Positions 23,460-37,831 of a DNA stretch of 64,000 nucleotides are shown one piece after another. The position numbers and the translations under genes are program-made. Position 1 is the first letter of the stretch; each line of letters begins with the position of its first letter. This DNA is from Podarcis gaigeae (taxonomy: Eukaryota): assembly GCA_964106915.2 (NCBI GenBank), contig OZ066915.1. One strand, given 5' to 3'. The notes under the pieces are model-generated. The model was not told the origin of the DNA, searched no databases, and saw only the letters and a list, made by a program, of their open reading frames with translations.

Positions 23460-25253
23460 TAGCAGAGAGTGATACAGATACAGGTTTTTTCATCTTGACA
23501 ACACTGTGGCAGGAGAAGTTGCAGCTGTGAAAGCTATGTAAGTATTAAATATACAGAAAACCTGTTTTCCAGTATTATATGCACCATCCCCAGAAGAAGA
23601 CTTGCATGTTGCCAGTCATACCATTAATGCATTGTGCAACTGAAGGACACATAATTTGCCACTGAAAATGGATTGATAAGATTAGTTTTAATTGATCATA
23701 TTTGCGGCTTTATTTATTACCAATTTGGTTGTGACTGAAATGAATTTGATAATTGCAAATTAACTAAGATAAACATTCTGGATTGTATCCAATGTAGTAC
23801 TGGGCACGTTGCTGCATGGTAGGTCACACAATATTTTGCTCAACAAATTTTTGCTTTCCCTCCTTCCCTCATTCACTCCACTCATGCACTCAACTTTGGC
23901 ACTTCTGTTCTGATTTGTTAAGCTACATAGGTTCCCTTGACATCTAAATCAGGAAGCTGCATTTAATTGTTGCTTGTAAACCAGCATCTTAAACCGGGAT
24001 CTAATCTGGGTTGTGTTATAACTGGGCCAGCATTAGGCTTGTCAAATTTTATGTGCAGGCTACGTTCCTTACACACCCATTCTGTATGTGGGCAAGCTGG
24101 CCTAACTGCCCATTGCTCTTTGCTGCAATGAACTCAACAGTACAAGGGATTAAAAGGAAGGGTGGGTGAAAAATTATTCCTCTGCTCCACTACTCTCTGG
24201 TTCATCACTAAAACCATTGCCTTCAAATGCTTTGTTTTATACATAGTAATGAATGTCAAGCATTTACTTTTATTGAGGAAAGTAAATGGTTGTATTCACA
24301 GGCATTACTCAAGCAGTTCTCCCCCACCACAAATATTAGCCCATATTGTAGTCCATTAATTTCCCCCCAGTAGCATTAATAGTAAACACTAAAGTTTATA
24401 TTCAACTCATTTATATTCATAGTAGGCTCATTGAAACCAGTAGGCTTATACTATTTGGGTCCATTGATTTCAGTGGATCTAATTTTGTATGGCTTGGTTG
24501 GATATAGCCCCCAAACCCCGCTGGCAGTTCTATATGGATAGCTCTTTGCCTCCATCTGTAAATACCTGCCCAGGTTTCATTGTTTGGTTGAACTATAGTG
24601 TAACACTAGTGGAGTTTCACAGAAAGTTTGCTATTAGTAGTAGAAAAAAGCTTTTATATGCAATTCTTTCCCTTTCCCTTTCTTACCCTATCAGATTCCT
24701 GTTTTGCAAGTTTTAAGGGTTAAATGCCACCTTCATCCACTTAACAAAGGCTGCTGCTGGTGCATGATGAAACATGTAGGACACAAAATGTGCATCATAA
24801 TTCCTTTGTTCCGTGTGGTTTTATTTCTCCTGTTATTAGTGTCTGTTAAACGAAACAGGTGAAAACTTAACAAGTTGAATCGAAACTAGAATGATTTATA
24901 ATTTTCTTGAAACCAGGAACCTTAAGCCTGTCTGTCTATGTATGGGTTTTGCTTCCTCTTAAGGAGCGGCATACATATTATATTGAGCAACTTCATTGAT
25001 TAGGTTGCCCTTTTGGTTATATCTCTCTGCTGTTGATAGATTGACTGCTTGCAGCATAATCCTATGCATGTCTATCCAGAAGTAAGTCTCATTAAATTCA
25101 ATGGGATTTACTTCCAGTTTAGTGTATATGATTGCAGCCACACATCCAGGGGGCTAATATTAGTTGCCCAATATATTCAGTGGCTCTTCTCCTTTTACAA
25201 TGAAAGGTAAAGTTACAGGTGACAGGCAAATGGTATTATGGAGTAGGCGAGTA

Positions 25254-25479
25254 CAGTGGTACCTCGGGTAAAGTACTTAATTCGTTCTGGAGGTCTGTAC
25301 TTAAGCTGAAACTGTTCATAACCTGAAGCACCACTTTAGCTAATGGGGCCTCCTGCTGCTGCCGTGCCGCCGGAGCACGATTTCTGTTCTCATCCTGAAG
25401 TAAAATTCTTAACCCGAGGTACTATTTCTGGGTTAGCGGAGTCTGTAACCTGAAGCGTATGTAACCCGAGGTACCACTG
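25254..25479. mobile_element. Tigger/pogo-like MITE, family A copy 3 (opposite orientation)
   Basis: TA-CAGTGGTACCTCGGG...CCCGAGGTACCACTG-TA. Confidence 0.9.
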
Positions 25480-26261
25480 TATTATAGAAATGGAAATGAA
25501 CAACAATTAGTGTTATGAATGTTGAATGGTGTTTATATAAATATATTACATTTGATATATTTGCTCACGTTGTATTTGCATAGTTGTAGAATTTGCATTG
25601 GGGTCTACACATTTCAGTCTCATTGCTTAGCAGTTTTTTTTTAAAAAAAATAGATGTCCCTCCCTAAAATAATTAAGCCTGCCCAAGTAGGATAACATTC
25701 AAGTTCTTCCACTTTTGACATGCCCCAATAGGATAGGATACTAGCCCAATTACATCTGGGAAGAGTATAGAAAGCAGACACTGCCTACACAGAGCACTCC
25801 AGTCTTGGCCTATCTAGATAGACAGTAGAAATCAGGACTGGAGCAAGGATTTAGATAATATGCAAAATCTGATGCAGAAATAGCTGGAACCCTCCTTCCC
25901 TACCTTAAGCACCAAACACTTTCCATTAACCCATCCATGAAATTCCATGGGCACTTTGCTAGTGGTAGTGAGTAGTGCTTGAAAAAAGTAGTGTGTTTTT
26001 CCTTTTAGAGTTCAGGCTTCTTAAAGCATTACATATGGTGTCCTTACACAAACCTTCTAAGAGATGTAGCTGGTAGTGTGAAGGAAGATGGAACTGAGGC
26101 TGAGAAGGCAAGGCTTGAGGGAGTGTGGCGTGCCTAAGATGATCTTCTTAGTCCAGGTTCAACATCTCCAGCTAAAGATGACTCAAAATATCAGGTCTGA
26201 GGAAAAAGGTTTGTATGGTATCTTGAAAACAGTAGATACAGTTTAATGTATCAGTGGACTA

Positions 26262-26479
26262 CATTGGTACCTCTTGATGTGAACGGGATCCGTTCCGGAG
26301 CCCTGTTTGCATCCTGAAGTGAATGTAAGACGCGTGTTGCATTTTGCTGCTTCCGCGCATGCGCGCGGCATCATTTTGAGCGCATGCGCGGCCGGCGAAA
26401 CCCGGAAGTAACGCGTTCCTTTTCAGAGCGCAACCTGAAAATATTCACCCCAAAGCTACTTCAACTCAAGGTATGACTG
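26262..26479. mobile_element. Tigger-like MITE, family D
   Basis: TA-CATTGGTACCTC...AAGGTATGACTG-TA, with internal GCGCATGCGC repeats; apparently inserted in a decayed SINE. Confidence 0.7.
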
Positions 26480-29400
26480 TACCAGTAGTCTGTCTCTGTG
26501 TAAAGTAAGATTTGGCTTGGGGGTGCCGTTTACAGCAGTTATTTCACATTAATGAATACAACTCCCTGAAGCCTTTGACATATATTGGAGATTATGAAGC
26601 GACATAACTTGCTGAAATGGCATAACAAAATGGAAGAGGGCTTCATTTCTGGATTTAGTCATGTAAAAATAGGTGATAAACAGCTACATCCTCGTGACTT
26701 CATCAGAGCAGATTCAGTGGCCAGGTTATCTTGGCAATCTTTATATCAAAGTGGTTCAGCTTTTGTGGAAAGATGCAGGCTCTTAGAGCTTGTTCAGTTG
26801 CTATTTCTTATGCAAAGGTGGATATGAATCTTGGGTTTGTGAGCTGCACCCCGACACCTCACAACGCACGGAAGGTAATGGCTGTATTTAAATGAATGCT
26901 ATATCTTTCTCCTCAAACCTTGTGATATAGAAGCCACTAGAAAAGCAGGTTCTACCTCAGGGAATCAGGGTCGTACATTTAAATAAACATAGCACTGTAC
27001 AGATGAAGTATTCTAACTAAAATGCAGCAGTAGCTGCTGAACATAGGCTCCAGCTGCTGAGAAGGTGGGGATTGTGCTTGCATTGCTAAGACACATACTC
27101 AGTTTCACCATGTGTTGAAGTTTGACAGGGAGGGGTAGAGTGGGGAGAGAAGTAGCATCTGAACAGTTCCTGTGCTTTGAAATGTTTCTTCCTGAATTGG
27201 TCTGAGCAGACAGGAATGCTGCTGTTTAATTTGTAATTTAATGCGTAGTGTTTAACACTGACATAGTTCTTGTTGAAACATGCATTGCATATTGCACAAC
27301 TTGATTCCACTTATGGGCTTGTTTTTCTGCACCTGTTGATAGCGCACCTGTTGTGAAATGATGGATTGCCAACAGGTAGCACTACTTGATTTCTTTCAGA
27401 TACACTTTTGAAATAAGGCATGTCTGTATTGAATGTAAAACGCAGCATTGGCTGCTGAATGTACTCTCCTGTTGACAGACAATATTTGCATTATGTGCCT
27501 TTGTCGGCTGTGTGTTCTGTGAGCCTGTGCTGGTTGCCAGCATGACACTGACGGAGGCTAGGAAAAGTGTAACATGAGGACCTATGTGATACTTTTCTGG
27601 TTTGGGAAACCTTAGTTAACCTTAGTTAAAGATTTGATGACCAAACGAGATAAGACTTTTAAAAATGCAAATTGCATGGGGGGGGGGTCATTAGTACACT
27701 AATGGGAGATGTTCTCTCAGTAACACTAGCTCAGAAAAGGGGTTTTGCTCAGGATTGCAGCAGGCAAAGGAAAGGTTAAATTCCCTCTGCATGTCTTTGA
27801 TCCCATTGGTTTTCAGCCTCCCCTCCCATTGATTAATTTGCTTTAATCTGCACATTAGGTACAGTGATGCCTTTAAAGATAAGGTGTAGCTTGGTCCTGA
27901 GGCTCTGATATCTGTGCATGTTGACTTATGGATACGTTTGAAATAGTTTGTGGCAAAGCTCCTGCAGTTGGTCTATAACTACGAGAAGCTTCTACTGAAT
28001 AACTTTACAATACAAAACGCTCTGTGTTGGCAGGCTTGCTTCTAAACCTGCCCCTGTGTAACCAGCAACTTTTTTTGTTAGCCCTGCAGGGCGTAGCACA
28101 CCAAGTTCTTGCGTGACAGCGATGTCCTCATCTTGAAGTAGCCTGGGGCATAGAAACTTATTAAGTTGTGCTTAATTTCTTTTCATAAGAGATACAGTAC
28201 ACAAATGTGAGTAATGACTTTAAAATAAAGTATCCTAGGCAGCAAGTTAGTGAAAAGAAGTACCTTAAGAACTATTTTTATTTGTGTCTTAAGAAAAGGG
28301 CATTTCTCTGAGAATTGTCCCTGCTCTCAAGGACTGTTTGGTAAATACTGCTGTGCTGTGGTAGACTGTGCCCCAGGTTAGAGATAGCCCTGCTATGCAG
28401 TTCTTTAGTCCCAGGGGCACAAAAAACAGAAGTGTAGCTATGAGGGTTGCCCATATACCTATGTTTGATGTCTCTAATTGTGAAGAGCCTTTAACCTAGA
28501 TTTTTAGACACATTGATGTGGAGGTTTGCTGCCTGCCTTTGGCTGACATGTCTCTTAGATGGGAGGAGGGTAGGTTCTAAGCTGATTCCCTTTTTTGTCC
28601 CTTCCCTTTCTTCTTGGAAGAAAGTGACAAGAAGTGCATTATCTTGCCCCCCACCCTCACTCACCACCAGACCATTTTGGAGGTTCAATTCCAGTTTGGT
28701 TTTAATCCTACTTACAGCTTTTCAGTTTGGGCTTAAATTAAGTTCATTCAAAAATTTACGTGAATTGCTAAGTCCCTGATTTGTATGCTCATTTAAATTG
28801 GGTACAAAGAAAGTTGTTTTATTCCATGTTGTACCATTGATCTAACCATCTCTGTATGATCTACTCTGACTGGCAATATCTGTGCAGGGTTTCAGCAAGC
28901 TTTCCCCTTCCAGCCCTACTTGGAGAATCTGAGGATGAAGTCTGGAGCATTTTGTGCTATACAGCTGTTCTGTGGTTCCTCCCCTAAATTGTGTCAAGCA
29001 ACTATTATTTATAGAACAATTTTATCGATCCTGTGAGCAGAAGAAAGTTCACTGAAGGGGCCTTGTAGTCCCTTCCTCTCCCCTGTGTTCCCTTAAAGAG
29101 GGAAGTGAGGGAGTGGGAAGCTGGTCAGAACTGGATGAAGGTTGCTTGTAGCCGTGGGGTTCTGCTTGCACAAAGTACTTGCCTACGTTTGGTCACTTTC
29201 CCTCTTTCCTAGCAACATCATGGCCCATCCCATGCTCTTCATGGGGGTCCCCCAGTCCTTTGGACAAGATTTTCAGGTGGTGCAGGGGGCTGCAGAGTGA
29301 AGGAGGGAATGGGAAGTTCCCTTCATGTAAGAAAACCAAAGCTGAGAGCCTCCGGATTCTAATAGTAGCTAGCCCAAGTGCATGCTTCCTGTGGCTTATA

Positions 29401-30401
29401 TGAAACTTGTCCTAATTTGGGTATAGGCTCCTCCTTGACCCAGGTGATTTCCTCTTGAAATCATTCCTCAACTGTTATACTCTCCTTCACTTTTAGTAAT
29501 GTGTGGTGGGCAAATGGTGCTAGAGACGGTGAATTGCTTGTCTGACCTGTGAGGGGTGCTGAAGAGCAATTGACTGTGCTCTCTTCAATCTTCCCTTAAG
29601 GTTGGGCACAGCCCATTGCTCATAGTTTACTGGAGCCAGAGGGTAACTGCAAATTCCCATCTGTTTGGCAGCAAGATGTACCTGCTGCCAAGCAGTCATG
29701 CCAGTCTTAAATAGTGATGATTTGTATAGCTTGGGGAAGATTTCCCAGAGGTAATGCTGATTCTTACATCTTACAAAGGCAAAACCAAAGTGGGTTATGC
29801 AGACAATTAGGAGGTGTGTCAGGTTTTACCCTGATTACTAAGAAACTAGTTCTTGTTTGTACCTTGCACCATGTTATTTCAAAAGCAACAAAACCAGATC
29901 TGACACTTCTGTCGCTAGGATACGCCAATGGTTTTCTTTAATTTGTAGGTGGTGTAATTATTTAAAAGAGAGAGAGCTGCATTCCTCTCAGTAGGCTGGT
30001 TAGTTTGGCACATGTTATGCACCCCCATTAATATGGAAGGAACGTGGTGTAACTTTGGAATGCCCAAGGCATATAATAGACACCTTCCCCTGCTTTAAAC
30101 ATAATGTGCTGTGGCCTTTTAAAGTTCCTGAAGACAAGACAAAGCAAACATATTATTGGCTTCCTAATTAGAAATAGGTTTCTTCAGCTGAGACCTTTGC
30201 ACACCTTTTGTTGCTTCAGGAGAGAGTCGGTATGAAAGCACCACCTCTCTCTCATCTATGCTATAAAATGATTTCCAAGTCTCATTGAACTTGGTGGAAT
30301 GTAGTTTGAATGCACCTGGATAGGATCTTACAAGCAAATAATCTAGATATATCCCCATGTGATAGTTTTCCACCCTGACTATTTTGCCCATCTCTGCTTT
30401 A

Positions 30402-30627
30402 CAGTGGTACCTCGAGTTAAGAACTTACTTCGTTCTGGAGGTCCGTTCTTAACCTGAAACTGTTCTTAACCTGAGGTACCACTTTAGCTAATGGGGCTTC
30501 CCACTGCTGCCACGCTGCCGCCGTGTGATTTCTGTTCTCATCCTGAAGCAAAGTTCTTAACCCAAGGTACTATTTCTGGGTTAGCGGAGTCTGTAACCTG
30601 AAGCGTCTGTAACCTGAAGTACCACTG
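30402..30627. mobile_element. Tigger/pogo-like MITE, family A copy 4 (opposite orientation)
   Basis: TA-CAGTGGTACCTCGAG...GAAGTACCACTG. Confidence 0.88.
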
Positions 30628-31354
30628 TGTTGTCATTATTCATCCAAACTCTAAAACACATCTATGTTGTAACTAAGTATAGAACTCCTGATCTGTAGTT
30701 ATTGTCAAAGATAACCAACTATTTTATGTATGTGCTTTAGGAACTTTATTGGGTTTTTCTTTATAACAACTCTATGAATTTGAGAAGTACTACTCCCATG
30801 TTACAGATGTGGAGGTAGGGGAGAGAGTGAGTCACCTAGCCAGTAAAAATTTCCTCCAGAGAAGCCACGGCTCTAAAAAGACAAGCGAGTCCAAAAACAT
30901 TTGGGAAGAAATTAAAATCAAATGAAACGCCTTCTAAAAAGGATTTTTTTTTTTACGCTGCTGCAAAATACCATTGCAGAGTGCAAAGTAGGCTGCCTTA
31001 GCAGGGAACCTAGGCCTGGCCACAGAAAAGATCCTCTCCCGTGTCTGTTCCAAGTGCAGATCAGATGTTAGGGGGACACATTGTTTAGCCTTAACTGATG
31101 ATCTCAATGAGAGAGTAAGCCTGCAATGTGAAAAGACTATATCTCTTTTCTGATAAACTATTCTGCACTTGGCTCATGTTAAGTTGATACTTCAGCATGT
31201 GGTTCTTAGGCCTATAGTTGATTCACTTCGTGTTGGGAATGAAAGGACACGTTGGGAGGTCCTAAGGGACTTTAGTTCTGGCCTTGAGTCCCGTGTACAT
31301 ATTGCCATCTTAACTGACGGAATGTGGAACTAATTCCAACTCCTTTTAGGTGAT

Positions 31355-31502
31355 TAGAATCATAGAATGGTAGAGCTGGAAGGGACAGTGAGGGTCATCT
31401 AGTCCAGTCCCCTTCAATGCTGGAATATGTCACCCAATGTGGGGCTTGAAGACACAGCTCTGAGATTGAGAGTCTCATGGTCTACTGAGTGAGCTATCCC
31501 AG
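31355..31502 (-). mobile_element. SINE with a tRNA-Lys(CTT)-derived head and CR1 3' tail
   Basis: Minus strand GGGATAGCTCACTCAGTAGACCATGAGACTCTCAATCTCAG...TTCAAGCCCCACATTGGGTG resembles tRNA-Lys. It is followed by GGACTAGATGACCCTC..GTCCCTTCCAGCTCTACC(ATTCTATG)n, a CR1 end. Confidence 0.75.
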
Positions 31503-33859
31503 ACTTAAGAAGAGTCCTGACAATGACTTGCAGCCAGCCAAGGCCTTATGTTTATGTACACTAACAAACCAAAAGGTATTCTGAATCAGAAAGATCCAGC
31601 TATGTCTATGATAACATCTTTTATGCAGTCAAGCCTATTGGTTTAACCTCTTTTCATGGATTTATGTCACAGGTGAAAATCCCTATATAGTCTGGTGATT
31701 GCTCAACAATGTTTATGATGTGAACATCTCTCTAAAAGCTCCGTCAAGATCTTGAGTTAGCGCTCGGAAAGATTTAAGTAATATTACATATATCTCTGCA
31801 AGGCTCCTGATTTTAGGGGGGGGGACCCTTCTTTCTGGCACAAATATAGCTGGCATTTTAAACATTTTTAGCAGGGAAGTGTCAAGGTCTGTTGAAAGTC
31901 CTCTGCTACTAGCATCCTTTTTATTTAAAAGCCTTAAACTGATCCTAATCCTCAAGGTGTTCTCTGTACGTTGCAATGTAGTCTTCATTAATGCTACTTT
32001 TAAGATCATGAAATGCTGTTCATTAAAACCTAAAACAAAGCAGGTGCATAGCCTCGGGGAGTTTTTGTTGCATATGCACTGTAGTTGAAATTACTTAAGT
32101 CTGTAAATAGTTGTTCCATAGGAGGAAATACTTCTAGGGTTGGGCTATGTTCCTTTAATTTTAACTCCTGGCCATATTTATCTGGAAGGCTTCCTTCCTA
32201 CTGGAGTGACAAAACATAGGCTAAAATAAAGTACCCAGTCTGGAGTCTCTGAACGTTTAAATGAATGGGTAAAAATGAATAACTCATAGGGATATTCTTT
32301 GGGTTGCTTTAGTCATTGCTCTTTTAGTTTAAGAAACTTCTGGCACGATCCAGCCCACACTTTCATAATTAAATACAACACTATCATTCAGACTGCAACA
32401 TTGACTTGCACAGTTTCCCTTGTGAAATGCTTTCTCCTCAGCTCCAATAGAGCTTGTTTTTGTGTCCTATTGAGCCATACCCATGGTGACTTGTATGATT
32501 CGATGGTGGATGCTACTGCTAGGGGGGAAAAAAGTGGTGTTCACTTGCAGTAGTATAAAATTTCAGTATATCCATACATATAAGTGTCTCTTGTTCCATG
32601 TACATATTTACATATAATAACTCAGGGAAGGAGAAAAGTTCTTTCTTTCTTTTGATATACATTCTAAGGCTAGTTTAGATTGCATTGCAAATGACTGTAT
32701 CCTCAGTGCATTTGGTTAAACAAACTAAACCTGCTACCAGTCCAAAATCCCAGATGGCAGCCATGATTATTATTTTGTTTCTCGGTTAATTCATGTTGTG
32801 CAAGAGCACTGGGAGTAGCCAGAAATGTGCAGTTTGGGTGGACATTGGCTAGTGTGTGTCATAGCTTCACAGTCTTGAGGCTTACATTTGATGACAGGTT
32901 TACTGACTAAAACAGGTGAAGATTGCGAAATTGCTTAAATCATAACAATGTATAACAATATATTGTAGACTCAGATTGCATCTGGCCCCTGAGCAGTAGA
33001 GAATAAAACCCAAGCGAGAGCCACCAAAATGTTAACATTCTGCTTCTCATATTTTCTTTGCTATCTTGAACATTTTGGTCATGTCTAGATTTTTCTTCTT
33101 TTATGGTGATTCCCATTTTGGCATCCTAAAGCTGTCACCATTTGTTGCCTGTATGTTGGACTCCAAATGAGCATATTTTTGTATTGCTCCCTCCATCCGT
33201 TTCTTATGTGGTGAAGATGCATCATAGAGATTTGCAAAGCCATGAGGGCTTTTAAGTCCTACAGAACTAGCAGGGTGGTAGCGCTCTCTGCCAAAGTAGA
33301 GAGTGGGTAAATATGAGACTAAACCAGTTTACACAGTTTCCTTTTGGCTAGGCTGAATGATTACGCGTCTGGAAATTGCTAAGGCAAGAACGGAGAAGAT
33401 AGAAAGGCTTTCAGCATAGAAGTTATTATCTGTAGCAAACTAAGCCACTTAGGTTATAGGATTACTTTACATCTTGCATTTCCCCAAATTTGGGATATGT
33501 TTTGAAAATGCAACAAGTTCCCATAGGAACAGGGATTTATCTGAAGCAAGACAGATCAAAAGCCTGAATTTGGAGACATGCTGAGCCAAACCATGGTTTG
33601 GCCATTGGAAATGTGACAGGAGCAGGACCAGGGGAGGAGTGAAGTGGCTACATTCTCATCTCTGGAAACACACATTTGTGCTAATACATGGTTTTGCTTG
33701 GTGTTCCGTGCGAACCAGACTATATTCTACTTACAGCTTCTGTATCAAGCCTGAAAAATTGATTCTTTTAAAAAACAAAAACAAAAAATCCTGTCTTTTA
33801 GGATCGTCTCTTCCTGTCCCATCATTTTTAGTAACACATTTTTTTCTTTCACTTTTCAG

Positions 33860-33905
33860 GCACAACTTTTTAAACACGGCAAAAGGGAAGACTGTTTGCC
33901 GTATG
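33860..33905 (+). CDS. TBCD: TBCD coding exon 8
   Basis: ttttcag|GCA...G|gtaaga, 46 nt; AQLFKHGKREDCLPY. Confidence 0.96.
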
Positions 33906-35344
33906 GTAAGACACATCATATTATAAATATCTTAATTCCCGTTACGGGAATGACAATGATCGTAAGGCAGCCAAAGTTACTTGTTTATTTTATTCATTTA
34001 TCCGAAGATCGCTGTGCGGCTCGCAACATAAAAATACAAAATAAGAACACAAAATACATAATAAAACAAAAACATTGTTAAGTCCTGTTGGTTTCACAGA
34101 GAGAGTTTTGAAGCATCTGCTTGGATTCTGAGAACTGTGAACTGGAAAGATTAACCCCCTGGGTCCCCAAAAGCTTTGGTAGAGGTTGTGGGCCCCTGTT
34201 GAACAACATGGAATGGAGTGTGGGGTGCTGTTGGGAAGAAAAAATCACCCAGAATTGGATAGAGGCAACATGTTTGGGCAAGTTTGGTCCAATATGAGGC
34301 AATTTCTTCTGTGTCTCATCCTATGCTGTTCTAGGGGAGCTTTTGTTGGGAGGAGTGTGGAAGGGGGGAAGTCAGTTTCTATGGACTTTTGCTGATGGTT
34401 CTTCAAATCCAAGTCAATGAACTTAAGTGCTACCCTTTGGTGGAAATGTGCCTAACTTTTTTCACTTTTATAGTGAATTTGGGCATGACTTAAAATAGCT
34501 AAATTGCTTTATTTTTCTGTACATATTAGCCCATCTCTCACATTGTTTCCTACATAAACATATGTATGTGAGTATGACAGTTGTTGAAAGAGTACCTCTG
34601 TTGACCAGTGACATTTTATCACTACTGAATAACACAGATTGACACTAGCCATAAGCATCAATGTATTTATACGGATAGAGGAAAATAGTGGCTGAATTCA
34701 GATGTTCTTATCGCAGCTTAATAAACTGACATAAAAATGAGCCCTTTTTGCATGAGCTGACAAACAAACCAGTAAAGCTTTCATCAATTTTAGTTTTCCA
34801 TTTTGTCTGAACTAGAAAGCTGTCATTAACAGCTTCAAAGCAAGCTAGGATATGCAGCCATCTTCATATCTGAATGAGATCCACAGCACCTTTTAAATTC
34901 GGCATATTTACTATGTATTCTAGAAGAATGCTAACTGAATTACAGAGCTATGCAGGTTTTCTGGTTCTTCTATTAATATGGTAGCCTTAGGGACATTCTT
35001 TAACATAGTTAAGCATTGCTTCAGGTGACAAATATAGCCAGCCTTTTCCCCCTCTTCCTTTGGCTATTAGTAGTATCATCTTCACTTCAAGCATATTTTC
35101 ATTCTCTTATGTATAGGAAGGATTCTAGAGAGATAGTAAAGAAAGTACTTTTTTTTCCTATTCACGTTGTAACAAAATCCACAACACACTCAGTATGTAT
35201 CTCTGGTAATAATAAAATATATTCTTAAAATCCGTCTAACTAGAGATAGGCGAAAATATATTTATGTTTACTTCAAAAGCCTTCTCAAGGTCCACATTCA
35301 GTATCATACAAACCAAAAATATAAAATATGTTAAGGTTTTAAAC

Positions 35345-35480
35345 CAGGCATAGGCAAACGTGGCCCTCCAGATGTTTTGGAACTACAACTCCCACCATCC
35401 CTGACCACTGATCCTGTTAGCTAGGAATGATGGGAGTTGTAGTCCCAAAACATCTGGAGGGCCGAGTTTGCCTATGCCTG
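35345..35480. mobile_element. Palindromic hAT MITE
   Basis: CAGGCATAGGCAAAC...GTTTGCCTATGCCTG, almost entirely self-complementary; TSD TTTTAAAC/TTTCAAAC. Decayed relatives lie near 6845-6960 and 48580-48700. Confidence 0.85.
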
Positions 35481-36187
35481 TTTCAAACTAAAACAGTAGC
35501 ATAAAACTGGAAATAATTATCCTGAGGGAAAGCTATAACAACGGGTGAAATCCAGTGCCCACCGGTGGAATGGGCATCTACTTGTGAAATGCAACTTGCC
35601 CTTCCTCTCCTCTTCCCTGCATTCCTGTGCACCCACAAATCTGTTTTGGAAGGTTGCTATGTCTTCTGGAACAGATTGGGGGGGTGTGCGCGTGCAGCAA
35701 GTAGAGAGGAAAGGAAAGTGCCATTGTATGAATGGCAAGATTTTGTAGATCACCCAGTATGTTTAAGGATTAAAAAAGGGAAGATAGTGTTTAATGAGAA
35801 CAACTCAAATACTTCTCAACGTTAGTTCCCTTCAGAATTAATCACTCATTTAGAAAAAGGGTGGGTAAGGGAGGGAAAGGTTAGTTAAGCCTTCTACAAA
35901 ATGTATGGATTTGCTCCTCTGAAATAACAGGTTGCCTAAAGTTTATAGCTAAATGTTTTCCTTCAAAATATGCTTTGAGTTTTATTAATCTTTCAGCCTG
36001 ATCCTAATTGGGGCCAATAGAGTTTATAACACACACGCATGTTCACTGAGTTGTGACTACTATACTGAAAGCTGTAAATATCATAAGTAACACTTTATAA
36101 AGGAATATAGATAAAAGTCTTGCTAGACTTGGAGTTAGAACTTCCCAGAACCTTGTGTCTATCATGGATTAAAGTAATATAATATGA

Positions 36188-36451
<264 letters not shown>

Positions 36452-37831
36452 TAGGGGCGGATGAGTAATATATCACCACTTGTTCATTTGGTGATCAGAA
36501 GTTATGTTTTAAATATACATGGGTATTCCAGAGATAGAAGCGACTGCTTCGCTATATTATATATTTGTATTTTTGTATTACACTATCAGTTCAATATTTT
36601 ACATATTTTGTTCTGGATTTAAATAATCTTTCCACGGATAAATTCAGGTCAACGTGGAAACTAAAATCCAAGGTGATACGGTGTTGCTGCCCCCCACCTT
36701 CAAAAGCAAAACAAAATAAAGTTAGGAATTAGATGTGTGCAGTGTAATCCAACCAGTTTACAGAATTTCCAGTCTTATTCACACTTTGCTTACATTTAAA
36801 AAGTCACAATCTCATGGAAATTTATATTCTCAGCCAATGATTGCTTTCTTCATTTTGCTTATTACTTGGGGGGGGGCTCCCTCCCCTTTTATATCTCTTT
36901 TCATTAATGTGTTACTATTTTTAGCTTTTTCTGTTGTGTTAGCTGGAAAAAGACATAGGAAGCAGCTTCAAATGAAGTCCAAGCTGTCTATTTCCCTTTT
37001 GTCAAAACTGACTAGCAACAGTTTTCCAGTGTTTCAGGTGGGAATGTTTACTAGCCCTACAAGGACATACTGGGGATTGATCTTGAGACACCTGTGCAGG
37101 CAAAGCATTTGCTTGGCAGCCCAGCTACAGTCCTACCAGTACAACAAAGCATGTTGTACCTTGTCCTGGTATCACTGTTGATGATACAGTCCACTTTTTA
37201 TCCTTAGTGGAGCTGAATATTTTACCTTTAAGAGTTACCTTAAGAAAAGTGTTTATTGTTGCAGATTGCGATCTTTTTACTGCAAAACCCAGAGCCTAGT
37301 TTGGCATCTTAAATGCATTTTGTGTTGCTGTAATTTGCTGTTGTTTTTAATTTTTCAAAATTTAAACATAAGGTTTTCTTCAAACACTTGAGTTGGAGAG
37401 CTTTATTTTCTATGGCTGGATCTAAAGAAGTTCACTAGTTCTCTATGCCTAGAGGTGGTAACATTCGAACTTTTCTCAAACGATCACCCATCTGTTGGTA
37501 CGTGTGAAACCTTTTTGAAACTCCCATTTGAAGGGGCGAATATCAAAAATTACATGGGGCACACCCTAGATATTGAGTATGCCTAAAGTATATATTTTGG
37601 GGTCTGAAAGATTCTCACAGTCCTAATAAACAAAATGAGTACTTATCTCATGAGGACACAAAAGGGATTTTTAAAAAAGAGTTATGGTTTACAAATCCTT
37701 GTATGAATCCCCTGATATTTATGCCATTAGGCATATGAGCAGTCATTTCTTGAATTAATGTGCTGTATTCCTTTGGAAATAAACAGATGAGTGTTTTTGT
37801 TATTTGAAGTGTTTTATTATTTTAATAAGTG

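Noticed and set aside
31430-31502. Functional tRNA-Lys gene
   Set aside because: The stems and B-box are degenerate and it is fused to a CR1 tail, so it is a SINE head.
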